NCBI GenBank assembly: GCA_050084515.1
Contig: CM114271.1
Location: forward strand, 9,300,001 to 9,364,000
Direction of reading: 5' to 3'
Source: Blasia pusilla
Lineage: Eukaryota
Length of the DNA stretch: 64,000 bases
Below, one piece after another: positions 1 to 12,331 of the stretch. Each line of letters starts with the position of its first letter. The first letter of the stretch is position 1. The notes beneath the pieces are model-generated. The model was not told the DNA's origin. It saw only the letters and a list, made by a program, of their open reading frames with translations, and did no database searches. Both the position numbers and the translations under genes were made by a program.

Positions 1-1
1 C

Positions 2-333
2 TGTAGGGCAGGATCTGATGGCATTAGGAGAGCATGCGGCACTTTCCTAAATAAGAACTGTAGAAGGAGTGGACGACCACTGCCTGGGTTTTGGGGACTC
101 AAAACCTTTGATCGTTTCACGAGGACTAGGGATCAATTGAAGTTCTTCTTCTGCCCAAATGAATATTGCGCTTTCCGGAAGTCTTATCCGGCTGCCATTG
201 GAGCTCCCGAGAATACCCCCACGATTTGGCCCATCGCCGCAGGCACGAACTGCACTCAAGACGAAGTGGACAATCTTACAAGTGCCGGTTTCAGACTCGT
301 AGACGGGGGAAGTTTGGAGCATGTTTACAAGTT
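2..333 (+). pseudogene. Cys-containing ORF fragment, probably the 3' end of a transposon gene, fused in frame to the ParB-MTase gene copy A
   Basis: The frame from base 2 is open (CRAGSDGIRRACG...KFFFCPNEYC...IWPIAAGTNCTQDEVDNLTSAGFRL). Similarity to the fuller copy (ORF 31503..32330) starts only at REKAIAID (~334), so 1-333 is foreign sequence. Its identity is inferred. Confidence 0.35.
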
Positions 334-1239
334 ACGGGAAAAAGCAATAGCCATTGACGATAGCCCTGCCCGTCCAACCGAAAGTGTTGAGATGCGGGAA
401 ATGTCCCCCATGAAGTCCGGGGACACAATCAACATAGTGGAAATGCCAGAAGTTGAAATCAATGACGACGAGGTCATGAGGACCGCCAGCGTGGAGATGG
501 TGGACATGGCCGAAGAAGCCAGAGAGCGGTCATTCTCGACTCCAAGCCTGACGGAGGACATCGACCTCTATCAGATCGACGAGTTCCTAGTCGATTTTCC
601 AGCTTCTATCTCATACAAGTTGGCTGGTCAAGAAACCGACCCAATTTTTGAGCGGGTAAGAGAGGATATGGGTTTTTTGAATTATGTGAATTGCAATTCA
701 TTGGGAATTCAGTGTAGCTTATTCATCTTGTCCCGGTTGTGACATGTGGTAAAGCAGATGGCACTCATGGAGGGCCACAATGCCCTGAGGATTCCACTCT
801 GCCGATTGCGGACAATGGAATACGTCTGCGAAATTCAGTCCGACGAGGACATCGCGAAGCTTAAACATTCGGCGGCGACAACATCCTACGTCGACAGCTT
901 TCCTCCCTTCTATGTTCAGCCTTACGACGAGCATGGAACCCAATCTCTGGTTATGGAGGAGGACTTGGAAAAGCTCGACACATTCTGGAGGATGAGAGAT
1001 CAGGATTTCAGAAGGCAAGTAGAGGGCACGGAATTCAGCTGGATGAGGAATCTGCATTTCTTCATCTGGGATGGAAATCACAGGTTCATGGCGTGGACCA
1101 AGTTTGCGGAGGAGCGGCCCAACTCCTTGGAGGCACATTTTTGCGTGAAGGCAGTGGTCCTTCACCCATTCCCTCATCACATGGCGAGGGTGGAGATGGC
1201 AATGCATGCCATGAACACGTGAGTATCTTTAACACTTAC

Positions 1240-1840
1240 GCAACTCGTCGGGACGGTTGTTGGGATGCTTTAACACTTACGCAACTCGTCGGACTCCAAC
1301 GAGTTGCTCGATTGATGAATGGGTTAGGTTTTTTTTGCCGAAAGAAACTCGTCGGACTCCGACGGGTTGCTCGACTCGACGCTTTTTCGGATGTTTTTTA
1401 AGAATGCAACTCGTCATACTCCGAAGAGTTGTTCGATTGATCACAGATTTAATTAGTTTTTGGCCCAAAGCAAACCGTCAGAGTCCGACGGGTTGCTCGA
1501 CTCGCCGCCTTGTCATGATGTTTTTTGAAGAATGCAACTCGTCGGAGTCCGACGAGTTGTTCGACTGACTGCAGGTTTATAATGTTTTTTGCCCAAAACA
1601 ACCCGTCGGAGTCCGACGGGTTGCTTGCCTCGAAATTGTTTTTGGCCAAAATCAACCCGTCAGAGTCCGACAGGTTGCTATGTTCACATTAGTATGTTCA
1701 GTTGCACAACCCGTCGGAGTCCGACGGGTTGAAACCAGGCATTAGCAAATCTGAATGCAATCCATCGGACTCCGATGGGTTGCATCATTTAGCTCGTTGC
1801 TAGAATCCGACCTTGAGCTGTGACGACCCGTCGGAGTCCA
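1240..1840. repeat. Array of CAACCCGTCGGA-N-TCCGACGGGTTG palindromes in the intron after the ParB exon
   Basis: About a dozen imperfect copies, e.g. caacccgtcggagtccgacgggttg near 1599-1623 and 1707-1731. Confidence 0.9.
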
Positions 1841-3249
1841 TCCCGGATGAAGCAAACCTTGAAAGTTCTGGAGATTTCGAGGTTTGGCTCGACGACATAT
1901 GGGACAAGCCAACCAAAAACCCAGGATTCAAGACCATGTTCAAGGTTTGCGTCCTCCCTCAGGCAGAGCTTGACGAAGAAGTAGAGGGGAACAAACGGGA
2001 TCAAGCGAAGAAGAAGCGAGATCTACAGGAGCAGACGGCCGATTCTGTTCGACTAAAAGCTGCCCAACGGATGGTCTTCAGGAACCTCGTCCAGTGTAAG
2101 AACGCAGGTACGTGGGGAAAATTACCGACAGCCTTGAAATTGTGGGCTTCGCCGCCGGATGGAGAGACATTCTCCATGTACGACATGGAGATGGGGCAGC
2201 ACATGTCCGATTGGGAGGTGGAGAATTGCCCCATTTGGCTCGACTTCAACGACCCTGAAGACATCACCAATAAGGATTTATGAGTGCTTCATGATGCAGT
2301 GGCCTCAGGACAAGACGACATCCCCAATTTCATCCAGCCTGAAGACTTCTTTGGAGGAGATGCAGAAGAGCAGGCCCACGAGACAGCTGAGTTGGCTTCC
2401 AAGGTCCGCACAGCCAAAGACAAATCCACATCGAGTCTCAAAGGCAAGGGGAGGGGAGGGAAAAATTCAAAGGCCGAGACTTCCAAAAGAGAGCCTGAAG
2501 ATGAGAGGCCAGAGGCAGAATCGTCCGGACGAGCGGGGAGAGAGGGTCAGACCAGGTCCTCGGCGAAAAAAAAAGCCACCAGAGTCTAGTCTCATAGAAA
2601 CCCCGACAAGCCGTCCCCAGACTAGAGAGAAGCGGAAGCAAGAGGTGCCCGGGTTGTCCCAAGGAGAATACAGTCCATCATCCTTGGGAAGACACAGACA
2701 AACAACGACCCGGACAAGCGTCCTCCTTCAGTTCACTCCTTTTCTGGATGAGCTGAAGAGCTTCAGTTCTCAAGCGTCGACACCAGCCATCGAAAAATTG
2801 ACAACGCTGGGACGGAAGCTCCAACAAAACGGGCACGTTGCCTGGACGGTGAATGGAGTGGTCGAAGAGGTTGTGGTGGATCTCTTGATCGCCGATCTGC
2901 CCTCGGGGTTGCAACTTTGGGGCGAGAATCCGTCGGATGAGGTACCTGAGTGGAATGTGCCGCTCTCTTATGACCAGATTGCGCTTTTGTTCTCCTTTGC
3001 AGATGCCTATGTGAGTGACAGGGGCTGCTTCTTTGTGTTGATTGGAGGGAGCGAGGACGAGCTCTTCAACCTCCAGTGCGTCAAGAGGTTGCTAAAGTGG
3101 AGGACGGCGCAATCGTGGATCATAAAAAACGAGTACCCACTCCGATCTGCGACGAGTCAGATTCGGGTAAGGCTCAATTCCTGTACTATAATTTCAATTA
3201 TTCTTTAATGATGTGTATAATGAGAGTCAATCTGGGTTTTTTTTGTCCG

Positions 3250-3640
3250 TGAGCAACCCGTCGGAAGGCGACGGGTTGCTGGCTTAGAGCAGCCCATGCT
3301 CGGTTGAGAGCAACCCGTCGCTTTCCGATGGGTTCCATCTTTCCCACATACACAGGGAAAACCGCGGTGTACCTGCAACCCGTCGGAACCCGACGGGTTG
3401 TAGTTGCTTTTGGTTTTTCCCAGTTGATTTTGGTTTTTGGATGCAACCCGTCTGATAGCGACGGGTTGCTCTCAAGCAAGCATGGGCTGCTCTAGGCCAG
3501 CAACCCGTCGCCTTCCGATGGGTTGCTCAATGAAAAAAACAACGGAGCCCGACGGGTTGTTTTAGTCCCTGACCAACCCATCAGAAGGCGACGGGTTGGT
3601 CCGGGAAAAAACAACCTGTCGGACTCTGACAGGTTGATCC
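3250..3640. repeat. Palindrome array (CAACCCGTCG-N5-CGACGGGTTG) in the intron splitting the MTase domain
   Basis: Repeated gcaacccgtcggaaggcgacgggttgc-type units between donor 3167 and acceptor 3715. Confidence 0.9.
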
Positions 3641-5574
3641 AAAGTCAGTTATTGAAAATTTTCTCAAGCCGACTTCTTTAGTTTCTGACATTGTTTCCAA
3701 CGTGTTGATTTACAGATGGACCACTCCTACGTCTACTGCTTCGTTCGGCCCGAGCACAATTTCCAGGTGTTCAAGATCCAGGATCTTGTGGATCCATGCT
3801 CAGATGGGTACAGCTTAGATAGTTTGTACAATTCCCCCCTGGGAATTTACGTGCAAGACAGTACCCCACTTCTGGGAGGAAGGGAAAAATCGCCAGCCCT
3901 AATGCAAACGCTCATCGAGCTCTGCTCAAGGCCAGGTGACTTGGTGTTCGACTTAGTGGGACTTTCAGGGGCAAGTATCAAAGGCGTCTGGCATAGTGGG
4001 AGGAATATTCCTTGCCTCGAGGGAAGGCAGGAACTGTTTGACCTTTGCAAGGAGGCAAAGGCAGAATACGAAAGGCTCGTTGGGGCGTACAACTCTCCAC
4101 CGAAGCCGAGAGCTCCGGTTCCAGACCCACCATTGGTAGTGACTCCATCGTCACTTCCAACGATTCCAAAAATCGGGAGGGCAAGGCCGAAAGTAATTTT
4201 GCAAGAGGTCTCGGACGATGACGAGTCAGTTCAAAGAACTCAACGACCTAGCTTGACTGCAGCGTTTGGAGTAGGGAGTTTCTTGATGATGAGGCAAAAG
4301 ATTTCATAGAATAGATCAAATGTACAGTTCCGAGTTTTTTTTGGATGATATAAATGAGAAGATTTTTTCGAACGATGGTGGTGCTTGTAAAAGTTTGCTA
4401 AATATTTTTTGTCTTTTCGAATGTGATCGTCTATGTTCTCCGCGGACTTCTATTTTGCAACCCGTCGGATTTCTCCTGCATGCAACTTTTCACTTTATGA
4501 CCACTACAACCCGTCGGATTTCTCCCGCTTGCAACTTTTCACTTTTTGACCACTGCACCCTTTTTACCACTTCCAGGCAACCTGTCGGATTCCGGCAGGT
4601 TTCCTGATCGGACTCTTTCCCTGCTGGTCCAACTTAAGAGGCAGTCTGGCGGGCTTCTTCCCTTGGCACCTTCCCCTCAACTCGTAAAGGCAGGCGTAGG
4701 CTTCTTTTCTTCTCTCAGACGTGTTGGATTCCTACTACCTGTGCGATTGCCATAATGGTATTACCGAGGACGAAGCAGATATTGATACTGGATGGGTGTC
4801 ACATTACAGAGCGTACAAGGTATACTGCCAAGGAAGGCGGTGGGACTCGAATCAGGTTACATGGGACCGTTATGGTGTACCTAGGGGGGGCCAAGGCTCT
4901 CGAATTCGCCAACATTTTCGATCCCCGTCTACAATCGGCCAGAGGAGCCACTTATATCCCATGACATTCCTTTGGTACTGTCACCGAGGAGAGTTAGGAG
5001 TAAATTTGTAGATGACGAGGGTGAAGAAATCATAGACTAGGTCAAATGTACATTTCCGAGGTTCCTTTGGAGGTAATAAAGGACGAGATTTTTTCAACCC
5101 ATAATGGTGTTTGTAAAAGTTTGCTGGAATTATTTTTTGGACTTGTGGATTGTGTTCTTTTAGCTACTCAGAATTACAATTCTACAACCCGTATGATTCC
5201 GACGGGTTCCAACTTTTTGCTTTTTGCCCACTGCAACTTTTTAACCATTTCCAAGCAAGCTGTCGGATTTCGAGAGGTTGACTTCTTGAGTGATCGGACT
5301 CTATCCCGGTGAGACCAACTTCTGACGCATTGTGGCGGGCTTCTTAACTTTTGGCTTGTTCCCCTACATTCGTCAAACCAGTTGTAGGCTTCTTTTCTTG
5401 TCTAAGATGTGCAGGATTCCTACTACCTGTCGGATTGCCATTTCGGATTCTCAACCTGTTAGATCGTCGTGGGTGCAGGGTGGAAGAAAATCACTTCTAA
5501 AAATCTTTCCTTTCTTATGGTGATCTTTCTTACGGGTTGGGAGGGGTGCAGCTTCTCGGTTTCTCAGCCTTAGG

Positions 5575-6810
5575 ATCTGATGTGTTCACATTTCACAAAG
5601 TTGGTCTTGAGCAGACACCATTCATAACCAACAGAAAGTTGGTTATGGGGCAATTTAGGGGAGGCCATGATGGAGGCAACAATCCTTGCAAAAAGAGAGG
5701 TTGGCATCCGGGTGATCCTCCAACAAAAATACCAAGGGCACTGCTTTTTTTTGACCGAGACAGGGAATGTTAAGAAACTTAGGCTCACATGGAGAGTGAT
5801 GGAAAAATGTTTATAGTGGTCTTATGATGTCTCCTTTTTTCTCGCCCCCAAGAAAGAGGAGGTTTTTTTAGGGCCAAATGTGGACCACTAAATACTCTCT
5901 TCTAAAGATTTCCTGAATTTGAAAGCAAACAAAAATTTCAAATATGTGAAAAAGTTTTGAAGAGAGGAGGCGGATTTGGCCCTTTTTTTTTAAGAGAGGC
6001 TCTCCTCTCTTCCTCTCCTCTCTTACTCTCTCCTGCCAGAATACCAGCCCCCTTTTTTTTTGCCCCCAGGAAAAAGGAGGTTTTTTTAGGGCCAAATGTG
6101 GACCACTACCTACTCTCTTCTAAAGATTTCATGAATTTGAAAGCAAACAAAAATTTCAAATATGTCAAAAAGTTTTGAAGAGAGGAGGCGGATTTGGCCC
6201 TTTTTTTTGAAGAGAGACTCTCCTCTCTTCCTCTCTTCCTCTCTTACTCTCTCCTGCCAGAATACCGGCCCCCCTCTTTACTCCAGACAGCTAACAATCT
6301 TTTGGTTCAATTATCGTCTCATGTGTTCACATTTCACAAAGTTGGTCTTGAGCAGACACCACTCATAACCAACAAAAAGTTGGTTATGGGGCAATTCAGG
6401 GGAGGCCATGATGGAGGCAACAATCCCTGCAAAAAGAGAGGTTGGCATCGTACCGATGCGCATCCGGGTGGTCCTCCAACAAAAATACCCATGGGCACTG
6501 CTTATTGTAGACCGAGACAGGTAATGTTAAGAAACTTAGGCTCACATGGAGAGTGATGGAAAAATGTTTGTAGTGGTCTTATGATGTCTACTTTTTTTTC
6601 GCCCCTAGGAAAAAGGAGGTTTCTTTACGGCCAAATGTTGACCACTACCTACTCTCTTCTAAAGATTTCGTGAATTTGAAAGCAAACAAAAATTCCAAAT
6701 ATATCAACAAGTTTTGAAGAGAGGAGGCAGATTTGGCCCTTTTTTTTTAAGAGAGACTCTCCTCTCTTCCTCTCCTCTCTTACTCTCTCCTGCCAGAATA
6801 CCAACCCCCC
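5575..6810 (+). repeat. Three tandem, partly truncated copies of the element's terminal segment
   Basis: The unit ending GAATACC(A/G)(A/G)CCCCC ends at ~6052, ~6273 and ~6810. Shared blocks (CAAATGTGGACCACTA, TTTTGAAGAGAGGAGG) recur in each. Confidence 0.85.
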
Positions 6811-7089
6811 AAACCCCTCTGATCACAAAAGCTTAGAGTATCTTATTTCATATATCACGATGGCACACAATACATCCATGGATCAACCAAGCTTCATCAT
6901 TTACAAACATTTAGAGTCACGTATTCATCTTTTTCAATCAAGTCTTCCATTTCTCATGAAAAATATACAATCCTCAAACGGATTTACAATCACACTACCA
7001 TGATTACTGGACTTAATCCCGAATCTATATCATCTACACCTAATATTTTTGCATTTGCAAAAATATTAGGTGTATATTCTTATGATCTC

Positions 7090-7793
7090 TGCTAGGAGGT
7101 GTTATTCAAGCTTGGCGTAGACGAAGAATATAGGAGATGCTTGGAGAAGGAGGAAGTTCCTCGAGTGATTCTTGTTATGCATTCGGAGGATGCAGGAGGG
7201 CATTATGCAGTGAAGAATACTGTCAAGAAGATCTTGACTACACGCTATTGGTGGCCTACAATGTATTGGGATGTCAGGTTCTTCATCCAAAAGTGTGATG
7301 CGTATCAAAGAGCAGGAAGGCCAACAATGACTTCTTGCTGGCCTTTGGTATCTATTCTCCCTTTGGCCTTGATTGAGAAGTGGGATATTGATTTTGTGCG
7401 AACTATCTCACCTGCCACTAGGCAGACCCGCCGGAAGTATATCTTAATTGCTACAGATTAATGTACCAAGATGGTGGAAGTAGTAGCTACTCCCAAAGAT
7501 AATAGTGAGGCAATGGCCAAGTTCTTATATGAGATGATAATTACAAGATATGGCTGTCCATTGGAACTCGTAAGCGACCAAGGGACCCATTTCCTCAACA
7601 AGACGGTCGAAGTATTGACGGATCACTTCCTGATCAAGCATAGGAAGACTACACCTTACAATCCCAAAGCTAATGGGTTAATAGAGAAGTCCAATGGGTT
7701 TATTTGGAGGATTTTGAATCGCCTAATCGTCATATATTCATATGACTGGGATACCAAGATTCTTGCTGCACTCAGGGCCTACCTGTCGCGACC
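7090..7793 (+). pseudogene. Ty3/Gypsy integrase, 5' part (family 2)
   Basis: H..AGGHY...RYWWPTMY...CDAYQR zinc-binding region, KWDIDFV, LVSDQGTHF, TTPYNPKANGLIE core. Interrupted by an LTR after GCCTACC. Confidence 0.9.
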
Positions 7794-8784
7794 CTCATGA
7801 CCAAACAAGTGCCAAGCGGAACATCGGAACATTAGCGGGCTCACGCTAAGATGGTTTGCGCGTTGGAGTTGTCTCAAAGAGAAGACAAAGAGGCGACGCG
7901 CGGCGAGGAGTCGCGTTCAGGTGTTATGGTCGCGACTGAGAAACCTGGACCAAACGCGGAATGAGACTTGAAAGAAGTCGAGTCTAGGAAGTGGGTTGCC
8001 AAAGGAAAGATCCGGATGTGGAACGCCACTAGCGTTTGAGAGTTTTCGACTGTATTTATGGCCATAACTTTTAGCGCCAAAATGCGTTTGGAGCAAATAA
8101 GGATGCGTTGGAAAGCTTATGGATAGCCGGTCCAAACGCACCAAAGATCGCTGCAAACGCATAAGAAGCGGCCGAGATAAGACCCGAAAACGACTGTAAG
8201 TGGAGTCGGGTTGAGGGCCACAATGAAGGGCCCGACCCTCTTTTCCTAAAAGGGAAGGGTTATTGGAGAACCCCAGAAGTACTAGTAAGGGGGAAGGTCT
8301 CCGAGAGTGCTTGGAACCCAAACCCCACTTTGGGCGCCGTGGGGCGGCTCAAGGGCATGGAACAGAACGCGAGTTTGGGGGTTGGGTTGGAAAACCTGCA
8401 CCAAGTCCAGTGAGGCAATTTTAGACATCCCTCTTGGATTCCACCCCGCTACTCAATTACTTGGGTCTCGGTTCGGAACTCACCCGAGGACCGTTGAACA
8501 GTTGGGATCGCTAGGCGCGCAAGTGCCGTTTCAAATCCTTGGACTAACTAGAAAGTCTGTTCCAAGTCTTGAAGGACTTGCCATGTGTTGGAAGCTAGGA
8601 ACTAAGGAAGGTTGAGCTTGATGAGACGCCGAGTTGAGGACTCGGTGGGTTGGAATGCCGGTTGGCCAAACCCGACTAACGAGAGTGCGTGTTTGGGTGC
8701 AGATCGGCGATGAGTTCGTGACCTATTGAACGCACGCTTCCGCAACACTAAAGATTGACGTTCAAGGAGAGTAGGGGCGCGACA
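7794..8784. mobile_element. LTR (~990 bp), left breakpoint of the inverted duplication
   Basis: Termini TGTCGCG...CGCGACA; homologous to 62206-63207 and 24555-25245. Left flank CTACC and right flank AATAT do not match, so this copy is recombinant. Confidence 0.85.
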
Positions 8785-11700
8785 AATATCAACATCTATA
8801 TCCCATCTTCGCAAAACACATACAAATTTGCTTTTGACGGAATCTTGATGAGACCCTTCTCTCGGAATAATATATCTATTCGTTGATACCATACCCTTGG
8901 GGCTTGCTTCAACCCATACAATGCTCAATGTAGTAAACACACCTTCTCTTCTGATCCGGGTGTCTCAAAACCTGGTGGTTGAGATACATACACCTCCTCC
9001 TTGAGACTCCCATTCAGAAAGGCAGACTTCACATCGTATTGGTATACAGGCCAACGTCTTGTTCTTGCAACCGCTAGAACAATTCGAATGGCTGTCATCC
9101 TTGCAATAGAAGAAAAAGTCTCATATTAGTCAAAACCTTTTATTTGTGAGCATCCTTGTGCAACCAACCTCGCTTTGAATTTATCCAATGTACCGTCCGA
9201 CTTGTACTTGGTCTTGTACATCCACTTGGTGCCTATTATCTTCCTGTTCTTTGGCTTCTCAACCAAAGTCCAAGTTTCATTTCTCTGAATAGCATCCATC
9301 TCCATCTGCATGGCCTCTCTCCATTGAGGATGAGCAAGGGCCTCATCCAAGCATGATGGCTCTTCCATATTCAAGATCTCTATCATCAAGGTCGTGTTGA
9401 CGAGATGTACGGAAGCTCTATTATGCTCCTCTAGTATCCTGGATCTCCTTGGATATGTAACAACTTCATCAATTTTTGGTGGATCCTTACCATCCAAGAG
9501 CTGCTTTATCCACTTAGGGTATGACGACTGTAGTGGAAGAGCATGGTGCTCTTTGTAACCATCACCAAATTCTTCTTCTTGATGATCTAGTGTAAACATT
9601 GGTGGTGTGCTCTGTTGGGTTATCTCTTCGTTTGATGATAATGTGGACGGACCACTCATATCCACCACTTGACGAGGCTGTTCCCTGAACACCACATCAC
9701 GACTCACAAGCATCTTCTTTGCCTCAAGAGACCATAGGCAATAAGCTTTAGACTCATCATTGTATTCCATAAAGATACACTTCATGCTCTTGGACTCCAG
9801 CTTGGTCCTGCATGCTTCAGTAATATGTACAAATATCTGAAATGTTGGACTGATGGTACCTTACATGAGTATGATTGATGAGGATTCATGCCTTGCACTG
9901 ACTTGGTAGCACTTCTATTTAGAATGTAAACGGCAGTGTTAACAGCTTTAGCCCAAAATCCTTCTGTCAAACCTTTTGCTTTCATCATACATCTTGCCAT
10001 CTCCACCACTGTACGGTTTCGATGCTCAACAACTCTATTTTGTTGTGGTGTATGTACCATGGTTAATTGTTGCTTGATTCCATGCTCCCCCAAAAATTTG
10101 TTGAATTCTGTTGATAAGAATCATCCTCCTCGATCGGTGCAAAGTTTTTGTACCTTCTTTCCTGTCTCATTCTCAACCAACTTATGCCATACTTTAAATT
10201 TTCCAAAAGCGCTTGCCTTATCACGAAGGAAATACACCCACATCTTCCTACTATAATCGTCGACAACGAAAGAGAAGTAGAAAGAACCACCTAATGCCAT
10301 TGTTCTCATTTTACCACAGAGGTCAACATGAATAAGCTCTAGAGGAGCCTTTGCTCTATTTTTGGACTCTTGTGGAAATGATTGTCAGTATTGCTTGCCC
10401 ATCATACAAGCTTCACATGTATCCGACACTCAAAAAATTGTTGGTAAATCAACAACCATGCCAGATTTTTGCATCTAACTTAGTAAGGGAAATCTTAGGT
10501 GACCATATCTTTCATGTCACAACTTACTGCTACTAAGATCTATACCTACACTTGTCGTGAAAGCATACAACTCGTAGATATTTCCATGTCGTATACCTTC
10601 ACCCACTACTTTTCCATTGGCATCCTCAATGACTGCTCCAGTTTTCTTGAAACGAAATTCTAGGTCACGATCACATAATACTACTATTGAAATCAAATTC
10701 TGCTTCAACTCTAGTATGTACAGTACATCAGTTAACTTCTTTTTATCTCCTTTTTGTGAGACTAAAGAAATTGTGCCTTTCCCTTCTACAGGGCACTTTG
10801 CATTATTCCCAACAGTAGCAACGATGGGCTCCTATAGAGGCTGTAAGGAGCTATACCAATCCTTATGATTGGTCATATGTCTAGATGCTCCACTATCGAG
10901 CCCCCATGCATCTTCACTCTTTGACTTAGTGGAATGTTCTGCCTGCGTGAAAAACTCTCCGATTGCTATCCAAGCATCTACTTCATATTCTCCTAGTTCT
11001 ACAGAATTTCTAGACTCCTTCTTAGGTCTTAAACAACTGTTCTTCTCATCCAGACTCCTCTTTCTACAATCTTTGATAAGATGACCTAGCTTGCCACAAT
11101 AAAAGAATTTGAAGGCTTTCATTGGGAATTTCTTCTTGACATTTGAACTGTAATCCTGATTTCTACCTCTTTGTATGTTGGCAATAAATGCTGCATCACT
11201 TCCCTCTCTTGCTTTGAAGCGCATTTCCTCTTCTACCAACATTGCACTAAATTTTTCAAAAGTAAGCGGCGTGGGTCTTACTTGAGTATTCAATGAAGTG
11301 ACCAAACTGTCATATCTTGGAGGCAAAATCCTTATGCACCAACCTGCCAAATCTTCGCTAGAGTTTGAAATTCCTACGGATGCCATCTGATCTTGAAGAT
11401 TCTTGATCCTTGTCAAAAATTACTCTGCGCTTTCTCCTTCTGAAAATTTCTCGGACGTAAGCTGATTCTCTAGATTCTCCGAGTCTCATTCCTCCTTTCA
11501 TACTGACTCTTCATAATGTTCCACGTCTCAGCAACAGTGGTTGTATGTTGAATGAGAGTCATGAGAAAATCAATTATATTCGTGACAATCGCATATAGAG
11601 CATCAGCGTTTTTGTGTTTCCATGCCAACAATACAACAAGATCGATATCACCAGATGAAGATGAACATGCCTGCCACAAAGTAGCTTATGGATTCGAATT

Positions 11701-12331
11701 GACCCATGTGGCCCTCTCCCAGATCTCAAATGATTCGAGGAAAGTCATCATTTTGAACTTCCACAATGTATAGTTAGACCCATCTAACTTCCCTTCACCC
11801 AGCGGAGGAGGGTGAGCACGAACTAACAAAGAAGTAGCCCTCTCAAGATTTTGTGCAAACACACCAGATCGCCAGATATAAAATATTGGAAAACCTACTA
11901 CTCTGATACCATGTGAGAAAATAGAAAGTGACAAAATCACTGAAATCTTTACAAAACTTAGAGATACAAAGTGGCCTAGTCTGTCCGTGCGCTCACAAAA
12001 GAGCTTCAATGGAACGTGAACATGGAGATAACTCAACATACGAGAATGTGCTACCGTTGCGGCTCCGAACTATTTCACTACTCGGGAAACTAGGGTTTTT
12101 TATCTATTTTTCTTTGTTTCTATTAATAGAAAAATTTGCATCAGGATGCTCCGCACCCTGATGCAATATAGGGTTAGATAATCTTAGTAACGCTACTCCT
12201 AAAACCACCTACGTCATATTACTATGACTCCTTCAACGTCTAAATCGAAACCATCAATCTAGGCTTCTCCTCATACAAGGGGTTCGATCAGATTAATGGT
12301 GCTCAGAGAAGTGGATGTTGAGAATCCAACA
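8785..12331 (-). mobile_element. Ty1/Copia retrotransposon, 5' LTR plus gag-PR-INT-partial RT (decayed duplicate)
   Basis: LTR 12331-11912 (TGTTGG...CA), PBS TGGTATCAGAGT 11911-11900, zinc knuckle FYCGKLGHLIKDC, protease LDSGASRHM, integrase TPQQNRVVE, RT KFKARLVAQG; many stops. Confidence 0.93.

Larger units (their letters stand above)
334..4309 (+). pseudogene. ParB/Srx-like + beta-class DNA amino-methyltransferase-like gene, copy A (spliced, decayed)
   Basis: Exons ~334-655, 746-1218, ~1840-3166 and 3716-~4309. Donors GTAAGA 656, GTGAGT 1219, GTAAGG 3167; acceptor TTACAG ends 3715. The ParB-like exon has IPLCRL...FFIWDGNHRFMAW. MTase-like motifs in beta order: VDLLIADLPSG (DPPY-like), SWIIKN..IR|MDHSYVYCFVR, EKSPALMQTLIELCSRPGDLVFDLVGLSGAS...GRNIPCLE. 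Stop at 2281-2283 and a frameshift at the poly-A near 2570. Confidence 0.7.
334..6810 (+). mobile_element. Putative DNA transposon carrying the ParB-MTase gene (right-hand part, copy A)
   Basis: Multicopy within the window. Ends in the terminus ...CTGCCAGAATACCA(A/G)CCCCC, also seen at 26254 (inverted) and 46654, each time next to unrelated sequence. Confidence 0.6.

Noticed and set aside
1240-1840. CRISPR-like array (palindromic repeats with spacers)
   Set aside because: Repeats are degenerate, spacers are irregular and related to each other, the arrays lie in spliceosomal introns, and there are no cas genes.
334-4309. Bacterial or phage contamination as the source of the ParB-MTase
   Set aside because: The gene has GT-AG introns conserved across copies and is interleaved with plant-type retrotransposons, including one with a verifiable TSD.
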